Assembly: GCA_043824255.1 (NCBI GenBank)
Contig: JBDRTG010000047.1
Coordinates: 160,001 to 224,000, forward strand
Length of the DNA stretch: 64,000 nt
Reading direction: 5' to 3'
Source: a bacterium
GTDB lineage: Bacteria > JAHJDO01
How positions within the stretch are numbered: the first letter of the stretch is position 1; each line of letters starts with the position of its first letter. This document shows positions 57,286 through 64,000 of the stretch, in pieces. Position numbers and translations under genes: made by a program. The notes beneath the pieces were generated by a model, which was not told where the DNA came from, ran no database searches, and saw only the letters and a program-made list of their open reading frames with translations.

Positions 57286-58218
57286 CTATCTCCAGAGATT
57301 TCTAACCTTCCCGTCAAAGGCGTATTTTAAGCCATCTATACTTCCCTGTAGATGAGGTTTCAAAAACCGCCAACCTGCACCAAAACGAATAATCTTATAG
57401 ACAAAATAAAAAGTAAAAAGAGGGAAAAAGAAAAGCATAAAGATGATAAAATTGAGTTTTGGCGCGTGAAGCTTCATAAAAATCACCCGATTGCGTGAAA
57501 AATAATAAGCTCGCATAGGCAAACGGTATCCTAATGCCCGCATGGTTTTTATATTTTCTCCCATTCCTAAGAGATGCCAGAGTTTGGCTCCGGGGCAAAA
57601 AACGACCTTAAACCCAGCTTCTCTTGCCCGAAAACCAAAGTCTGTATCCCCATAGGTCATAAACAAATCCTCATTATGCCCTTCAATCCTCTCTATGACT
57701 TCCCTTTTTACAAGATAAGCCGTGGGAGCAAACTCGGTTTCTCGGACTTGATCCAATTGTCCTTTATCTTCCTCGTTACATCCGATATTCTTAGTTTGGC
57801 TTGTCAAAAGATTAACCTTTGCCCCTGCATACCAGATAACATTCGGGGGATTCAGATAGTACATCTTGGGAGTAACAACTCCAATTTTAACGTCACCCTC
57901 GGCAACTCTGACCATTTCTAAAAGCAATCTCTTATCAACAGTTGTATCGGAATCAAGAAAGAAAACATAATCCCCCGAAGCTTCTTTCTGCCCTAAATTT
58001 TTGCCGCCATTGAGCCCCAGATTTTCTTCAGCAACTGCCACCTTAACCATAGGAAACTTTTCCATTACTGCCTGGACTGTTCCATCACTTGAAGCATTGT
58101 CTACCAAGATTATCTCAAAATTGGCATAATTCATCCTAAGAACCGAATTGAGGCAGTCTACGACAACACCCTTGCGATTTCTGGTGGTAATAACTACTGA
58201 AACTAATTTTACATCCAT
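57286..58218 (-). CDS. GT2 glycosyltransferase
   Basis: SVVI, VDNASSDGT, ENLG, FLDSD, YGDTDF..R, WH, YY.SRN. Start set at ATG 58218. Confidence 0.9.
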   Translation of the reverse strand: MDVKLVSVVITTRNRKGVVVDCLNSVLRMNYANFEIILVDNASSDGTVQAVMEKFPMVKVAVAEENLGLNGGKNLGQKEASGDYVFFLDSDTTVDKRLLLEMVRVAEGDVKIGVVTPKMYYLNPPNVIWYAGAKVNLLTSQTKNIGCNEEDKGQLDQVRETEFAPTAYLVKREVIERIEGHNEDLFMTYGDTDFGFRAREAGFKVVFCPGAKLWHLLGMGENIKTMRALGYRLPMRAYYFSRNRVIFMKLHAPKLNFIIFMLFFFPLFTFYFVYKIIRFGAGWRFLKPHLQGSIDGLKYAFDGKVRNLWR

Positions 58219-60020
58219 TTTCCCAACCATTGTTCAAAAACTAAAAGTGTCCAAATCTGATGTGTATTATTCCCATTTAAGATCTTTTTTACCTTCTTAG
58301 AATTTAAAATTCCTTCCTTTTTGATCTTCTCAGGAGAAAGACTTTCAAACACAAGAGACCTCAGCTCCTTTTTAAGCCACTTCTCCAATGGAAAACCAAA
58401 GCCCATTTTTGGTCTAGAGACAATGTCCTTCGGCAAAAATTCCAGAGCAATCTCTTTTAAGAGAGATTTTGTCCTACCACCCTCTAATTTTAACTGTGGT
58501 GGAATTCTAGCACAAAACTCGACCAATTGCCTATCTAAAAAAGGGCAGCGGACCTCCAAAGATGCTGCCATACTGGCACGATCGGTTTTAACCAGATACA
58601 TATCGGAAAGTGTCAACTTGATATCCATGAAGAACGCCTCATCAAGCAAGTCTTTGCCGTCAAAAGCCTTATGATACCTTTTGATATCCTCAAATAATTC
58701 AATTTTCTCTCCCATCAAACTCTCCATCTCCTGTGGAGAAAACTGGCTGATCCAGAGTTGGTTGCGCAAATGCAAAGGATAAGAAGAATAACGCAAGAAA
58801 GTTCTTATTTTACCCGGAAAAAAATTAGCCAACAGATGCAAAGGAAGCCGATTGGCAGAAGTCTTTTTCAAAAACTTGTGAGCTAAATATTTTGGGTAGC
58901 CGGCGAAGCTCTCATCTCCTCCGTCACCGGAAAGAGCCACTTTAACATCCTTCTGAGCAAAAGAAGAAAGTAAAAGAGTGGGCAGAATTGAGGGATCAGC
59001 CATCGGCTCATCCAAAAACATGGATATCTTTGAAACTTGATTCAAAATTTCTTTCTGAGAGAATATTTTGAGATGATGGTCAATCCCAAGATGCTTAGCT
59101 ATTCTCAGCGCATAAGGGGACTCATCAAAATTCTTTTCATCAAAACCGATGCTGAAAGCTTGAACCTGTGAAGGCGGAACAATCCTGGCCATCATGGCAG
59201 CAACTACTCCCGAATCAACCCCTCCGCTTAAGAAAACGCCCAGAGGAACATCAGAAATCAACCTCTTCTTAGTGGCTTCCTGCAAGAGCGCAGTTGCTTT
59301 CTTCTTTATTTCTTCCCTGTTCAAATCTTCAAGCTTGGATGAGTAATCAAGTTCCCAGAAGCTTTCTTCCCTTATTTCTCCGTTTTCACGCACTACCATG
59401 AAATGACCTGGCAGAAGTTTTTTTATTCCTTTAAAAATCGTTGCAGGTGCTGGAACAAAACCATATAGAAGATATTTCGCCAAAGATTCGGAGTTAATTT
59501 CTCTCTTAAATCCGGGATAAGTCAGAAGCGCCTTTATCTCTGAGGCAAAGATAAAAGCATTGTCAAAAATCATCCAGTGAAGCGGCTTTTTCCCTAAAGG
59601 ATCGCGAGCCAGAAACAATTTTCTCTTTTTCCCATCCCAAATCGCCAGGGCAAACATCCCATCCAGCTTGTCAAAACATTCTTCGCCTTCTTCCTCATAT
59701 AGATGCAGGATTACTTCGGTATCGCTCCTGGTATAAAATTGGTGTCCTCTCTTCTTTAATCCTTCCCTTAGCTTCTGAAAGTTATAGATTCCGCCATTCA
59801 AGACAATCCATAATGTTTTGTCTTCATTATGAATCGGTTGGTGACCGGTGGTCAGATCGATAATGCTTAAACGCCGGCTTGCTAAGCCTATATTTTCCTT
59901 AAGGTAAATACCATGATCGTCAGGACCGCGATGAACCAGAGTTTGATTCATTGCTCTTAAGGCGCTTTCCTCAACAACCTTTTTTGAATTAAACTCTAAA
60001 ATTCCACAAATGCCACACAT
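58209..60020 (-). CDS. asnB: asparagine synthase-like glutamine amidotransferase
   Basis: MCGICG, HRGPD, RLSIID, GHQP, SDTEV, GMFA, RD..GKKPL, FASEIK, LSGGVDS, SGDGGDE, KTDRASMA.SLEVR.PFLD. Confidence 0.93.
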   Translation of the reverse strand: MCGICGILEFNSKKVVEESALRAMNQTLVHRGPDDHGIYLKENIGLASRRLSIIDLTTGHQPIHNEDKTLWIVLNGGIYNFQKLREGLKKRGHQFYTRSDTEVILHLYEEEGEECFDKLDGMFALAIWDGKKRKLFLARDPLGKKPLHWMIFDNAFIFASEIKALLTYPGFKREINSESLAKYLLYGFVPAPATIFKGIKKLLPGHFMVVRENGEIREESFWELDYSSKLEDLNREEIKKKATALLQEATKKRLISDVPLGVFLSGGVDSGVVAAMMARIVPPSQVQAFSIGFDEKNFDESPYALRIAKHLGIDHHLKIFSQKEILNQVSKISMFLDEPMADPSILPTLLLSSFAQKDVKVALSGDGGDESFAGYPKYLAHKFLKKTSANRLPLHLLANFFPGKIRTFLRYSSYPLHLRNQLWISQFSPQEMESLMGEKIELFEDIKRYHKAFDGKDLLDEAFFMDIKLTLSDMYLVKTDRASMAASLEVRCPFLDRQLVEFCARIPPQLKLEGGRTKSLLKEIALEFLPKDIVSRPKMGFGFPLEKWLKKELRSLVFESLSPEKIKKEGILNSKKVKKILNGNNTHQIWTLLVFEQWLGKWM

Positions 60021-61447
60021 CATCTTTTCTTTCTAATAAAACGATGGACTATACGAAAAAACAGGACAAATCTTTTGCTCAAAAAACGACTCATCATTAG
60101 CGTAACCAGTGAGTGATAGTTAAGACTGATGATAAGGCTAAAGAGAATTCGAGGCCGGAGATAAAACCTTCTTAATGCCTGCCGCTGCAACTTTTCTATT
60201 ACCTCAGGTGTTAACTCCTCTGAGGCAACAATAGCAGTAGAACAATCGTATTCGTCCCAATCAATCTCAGCAAAGTCGCGATTACCAATCCACTCATCAA
60301 AAGCTATTGAACCCGGATATGGAGTAAATATGTTAAACCAAGCACGGTTGAACGGATTACTAAGAGCAAATTGGATTGTCTCCTCAATCGTTTCCATCGT
60401 ATCACCGGGAAGTCCCAGGATAAAAAAACCGTAAGAGGAAATGCCAGCATTCTTAAAAGCTGAAAGCGCCTTTTTTACCACTCCTAGATCAAGTTGTTTG
60501 TTCACTCTCTTCAGTATCTTCCGACTGCCAGACTCCACCCCCAAGCCTAAAGCATAGCAGCCAGCCTTCCTCATCCCCTCCAGAAGGGAAGTTGTAAGTC
60601 CATCTATCCTGACACCGTTAGGGCACTGCCAAGGAAGGTCAATCCTCTCTTGAATCATGGTATCACACATCTCCTGAGCTCTTTTGACATTCATAGTGAA
60701 ATTATCATCGCAAAAATGAATCTCTCTAACCCCATATCTATTTTTGAGAAGTTTTATTTCTTTGAGAACATTTTTAATACTCCGAAAACGCAGCTTTCTT
60801 CTCCAAGTAACATTGGAAGCACAGAATGAACAGTTGTAGGAACAACCACGACTGGTCAAAATTGGAGCAATGGGAAAAGCGCGAGCCGGCTCAAGAATAG
60901 GGGCAATACGATAGTCTTTCGGCGGCATAAGATGCCATGCAGGAAAAGGAATAGTATCAATATCAGCAATCAATTCCCGTGGTTCTGTTACTATGATTCC
61001 TTTCCTTTTATCCTTATAAGCTAACCCCTTGACTCTCTCAAAATGGCCTTTATCTTTTTCCAGAGCCCTAACTAACTCTAGAATAGTAATCTCTCCTTCA
61101 CCAATAACGGCAAAATCCGCTCCTAAATCTCTTAAAACAATCTCCGGAGCAGCCGTAACCTGGGTTCCCCCAATCACCACCGGCAGACTTCTAAACTGCG
61201 CCTTAATGGTTTTTATCATCTTTTTTGCTCGATTGTGCCCCCTGGTCAATACCGAAACACCAACCAAATCCGGCTTGAAATCCGAAACCACTTTCAGAAA
61301 ATCTTCTTCATCAGCGTTTTTTAATGTTCCGTCAAAAATGGAAACAAGATGATTCTCTTTCTCCAGATAGGAAGCCAAATACCCCAGCCCCAATGGAGGA
61401 TGGACCACATGACTATCATAATTTGGATCCATTAAAAGAATTCTCAT
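60020..61447 (-). CDS. B12-binding radical SAM protein
   Basis: PPLGLGYLAS, GG.QV, GEGE, SRGCSYNCSFC, DDNF, GVESG, PYPGS. Confidence 0.92.
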   Translation of the reverse strand: MRILLMDPNYDSHVVHPPLGLGYLASYLEKENHLVSIFDGTLKNADEEDFLKVVSDFKPDLVGVSVLTRGHNRAKKMIKTIKAQFRSLPVVIGGTQVTAAPEIVLRDLGADFAVIGEGEITILELVRALEKDKGHFERVKGLAYKDKRKGIIVTEPRELIADIDTIPFPAWHLMPPKDYRIAPILEPARAFPIAPILTSRGCSYNCSFCASNVTWRRKLRFRSIKNVLKEIKLLKNRYGVREIHFCDDNFTMNVKRAQEMCDTMIQERIDLPWQCPNGVRIDGLTTSLLEGMRKAGCYALGLGVESGSRKILKRVNKQLDLGVVKKALSAFKNAGISSYGFFILGLPGDTMETIEETIQFALSNPFNRAWFNIFTPYPGSIAFDEWIGNRDFAEIDWDEYDCSTAIVASEELTPEVIEKLQRQALRRFYLRPRILFSLIISLNYHSLVTLMMSRFLSKRFVLFFRIVHRFIRKKR

Positions 61448-61467
61448 TAAAACTCCAAAGAAATATT

Positions 61468-63558
61468 CTATTTGGTTATGTTAGTACTGCTAATTGAACC
61501 ATCTTCATAAATGAAGTAAATATTAAAAGTTTTGCCTTCCCAGTTAGAAGGCGGCTCAAAGTAAAGGTCAAAGACACATCCATCCCGCACCACTTTAAGA
61601 GGGGGATTAACTCCATAATGTTGATTGTTCCAGGTTTTGTCTTTCATCTTCACTCTCACAAAACTCACCGGTTTCGGTAACCCTTTAACCCTCATATGTA
61701 AATCTATTACTCCCGATGGCTTATTAGAGATAACATTACCGACAAAATCACTTCCACTTTGACCTAAAAATCGAACTGTAATTGACTCGAAATCAATTTT
61801 TACTAGACCTGGATAAGTAGCCTTTAAACTTCGCAAAACACACCCAGGATTAACCATGGGTTCAAAGGTAACTGTCGTCTCTTCTCCCTTAGTGATAATC
61901 TGGGTAATGGCAGCGAACCTTTTTATGATTTCAAGAGGAATGCTACTTGTCTCTCTTCCCCGTTCTCTCGCTTTCTTAATCCCATCTTTAGACTTGAAAA
62001 TAAGAGCATGATTGAATGACTTAAGAAAATAATAGTTTTGATTGACAAAATTGCAAAAGTTAGTAACCAGAAACATCTCATCAAAAATCTTCTCCGGCTC
62101 GCATCTAATAACAATATAATCTGGAGGATTAGATTTCAGATCCATCATGAGTTGTCTGCGATGCTCGGCAAAGTTTGAAAAGAAACCTTTGAAAGTAGGA
62201 AACATAATCTTTTCTTCAAGCAGGGGATAGTAATAAACATATTTGGTTATTGGCTTTTTATTGGTAAGAAAATAGATGACTGGGGTACTATCCCAGACAA
62301 AAAGCGTTTCTTCAGTTCCCATGGTCTCAGTTAGATACTGTCCGGCATCTATGCGGTCCTCCCAGGTTGGGAGATGGTATTTTTTTAAGTATTCTCTCCT
62401 CTGAAGTTTCCCTTGCAGATATCCAATATAGCCTGGTAAACAGCGCCAGTTAAGTATCAAAGACTGTCCTAGCAGAATCATTATAATCGAGATAATCAGT
62501 CCCTTCCCTAACAAAAAGGCCCAAGTAATTTGTATTTTCTTTGTTTCGAAGATAATATCTGAAGTAAATAAACCAACCAGGATAGAGGCTGGAGGAAGTA
62601 TATGAATAAAATAGTGAGGAAAAAACCAGCCTCCTAATGAGACGCCCAGAGCAGCAAAAATATACCAGAGAATTAAAAAATATCTTTCTAATGAGCGTTT
62701 GAAGAATAGGTTATATAAAATGCTGCCCCATGAAAGCAGCCAAAAAAGGGATATTTTCTTAAAGACATAAGACAAATTTGCTCTGGGCCATCCCGTGATA
62801 TTTTTAATGCGGGAATCACGAATGTAGGAAAAACCCTTTAGGAATGTTATATAATAAAAATCATGGAGTCTTTCAGTGAAGTAAAAATACAAGGTGAATG
62901 ACAATAGAGGAACGGCGAAAGCTGAGATCAAAATTAAGTTTGGCTTGAACATAGACCTAAAAGTTCTTCTTCTAAACTGAGTGAAACCCAATATGAAGTT
63001 GAAGCAAAGGAAACAGAGAAAATCAAAAGCAGCCACTTGCTTAGTCATAAACGATAGTCCTAATAGCAAACCGGAACTGGACAGCAACAAATAATTCCTT
63101 TTCTTTAGGGCAAGGAAGAATAAATAGCAAGCGCCTATAGTAAAGAAGATCATAAAAGGCTCTGTATAAGCTCCATTACCCTGAATGACTATACTCGAAG
63201 AGATTACAGCAAAAACCAGAGCAGAAAGTATGCCAACCTTAGATCCAAACAGAAGTTTAGCCAACTTATATAAAATCAACGTTGAAATTACCCCGATGAT
63301 GGCCGAAAAGATTCGAAGGGCATCAACCGAGTTATTTGAAAGAGCATAAACCATGCTATATATTAAACTTACTCCTGGTGGCTTAATCCCCCAAAAAGTG
63401 GAATAAAACCCATCACCAGAATTGATCTGCATAGCAAAATATGAAAAAAGTCCTTCGTCATAACTTAGTGGTTCGGGAAAGAACGGTGCCCTTAAACAAA
63501 AGCAGAGGAGGCAAATAAATCCTATCAAGATAATCTTCACTAGTTTGTTACAAAGCAT
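61468..63558 (-). CDS. ArnT/PMT (GT39/GT83-like) GT-C glycosyltransferase
   Basis: SYDEG, KPPG, TE.FM, TKQ, FPHYF, P.IYFL, PPDYIV, and a C-terminal soluble extension. Confidence 0.8.
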   Translation of the reverse strand: MLCNKLVKIILIGFICLLCFCLRAPFFPEPLSYDEGLFSYFAMQINSGDGFYSTFWGIKPPGVSLIYSMVYALSNNSVDALRIFSAIIGVISTLILYKLAKLLFGSKVGILSALVFAVISSSIVIQGNGAYTEPFMIFFTIGACYLFFLALKKRNYLLLSSSGLLLGLSFMTKQVAAFDFLCFLCFNFILGFTQFRRRTFRSMFKPNLILISAFAVPLLSFTLYFYFTERLHDFYYITFLKGFSYIRDSRIKNITGWPRANLSYVFKKISLFWLLSWGSILYNLFFKRSLERYFLILWYIFAALGVSLGGWFFPHYFIHILPPASILVGLFTSDIIFETKKIQITWAFLLGKGLIISIIMILLGQSLILNWRCLPGYIGYLQGKLQRREYLKKYHLPTWEDRIDAGQYLTETMGTEETLFVWDSTPVIYFLTNKKPITKYVYYYPLLEEKIMFPTFKGFFSNFAEHRRQLMMDLKSNPPDYIVIRCEPEKIFDEMFLVTNFCNFVNQNYYFLKSFNHALIFKSKDGIKKARERGRETSSIPLEIIKRFAAITQIITKGEETTVTFEPMVNPGCVLRSLKATYPGLVKIDFESITVRFLGQSGSDFVGNVISNKPSGVIDLHMRVKGLPKPVSFVRVKMKDKTWNNQHYGVNPPLKVVRDGCVFDLYFEPPSNWEGKTFNIYFIYEDGSISSTNITK

Positions 63559-63579
63559 ATCACCTGTTTTTATTTTTGC

Positions 63580-64000
63580 TCATCTTTGATTACAGTGGAT
63601 AGTGCATACTAAGTATCCAGTTAAAAATCTCATGCGGAGAGTGGTTTTTTCTAGACCAAGATATTTAATTACCCTTGTGAGCCCAGGTATACGAAAGAAA
63701 CCTAACAAGCGTGCCAAAGAAATAACCTGAACATCATTAAATATCTCTTGAATACGAAGTCCATATTTTTGACAATAGTTTATTATTGTCTTCTTTGAAT
63801 AGATAGTCGCCACTGTGGGACGATAGAGATAAAGACGGCTACCAAAAATTCGTGATAACAACCGGTCACAATCACCAAAATTGAAAAAAAAGCAACCTCC
63901 AATCCGAAGATGCTGACGTATATTGTTGAAAACACGAGATGGATTAACTTCATTCGATAAAGTTGCAAAACATGTAATAGCATCAAATTCTTCAGTAAAA
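63580..64000 (-). CDS. probable class I SAM-dependent methyltransferase (5'-partial)
   Basis: The frame of track ORF 63580..63861 stays open to the window edge: FTEEFDAITCFATLSNEVNPSRVFNNIRQHLRIGGCFFF. Confidence 0.65.
   Translation of the reverse strand, partial: FTEEFDAITCFATLSNEVNPSRVFNNIRQHLRIGGCFFFNFGDCDRLLSRIFGSRLYLYRPTVATIYSKKTIINYCQKYGLRIQEIFNDVQVISLARLLGFFRIPGLTRVIKYLGLEKTTLRMRFLTGYLVCTIHCNQR

Noticed and set aside
63783..63986. 67-aa ORF suggesting a frameshifted last gene
   Set aside because: The frame of 63580-63861 is open to the window edge across the A8 run, so no frameshift is needed.
1..64000. Prophage, IS transposase, integrase or rRNA
   Set aside because: No ORF with recognisable phage, transposase or recombinase motifs, and no rRNA-like sequence.

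Overview
AT-rich bacterial window; I cannot assign the lineage from the sequence alone. Positions 1-17.8 kb are mostly housekeeping: a partial AmmeMemoRadiSam radical SAM gene, HIT-dnaG-rpoD, two glycoside hydrolases, an EF-G-like/yebC/ruvC/ruvA/galK operon without ruvB, and serS-hflK-hflC followed by two tRNA-Ser genes. Positions 17.8-64 kb are a very large cell-surface glycan locus. It holds GT2/GT4 enzymes, dTDP-rhamnose genes, Wzx, about five GT-C-like membrane proteins, three B12-dependent radical SAM enzymes (one fused to a GT4), a SPASM-type radical SAM enzyme, five SAM methyltransferases, two FemAB-like GNATs and an AsnB-type amidotransferase. The most striking feature is at 44.6-48.5 kb. 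The last ~35 nt of a 615-aa membrane protein gene (K-F/M-F-G-K-T/R-D-V-Y) occur three times as direct repeats. They delimit two self-promoted cargo cassettes with no integrase in view: [DUF4143 AAA ATPase + RLIG1/DUF5565-like RNA ligase] and [toxin-first AbiEii/AbiEi pair]. A second AbiE pair lies nearby. Small palindromic elements and 6-/7-nt tandem repeats sit in frame inside several coding sequences, one at the radical SAM-GT4 fusion junction. All family calls come from motif recognition by eye; no searches were run.
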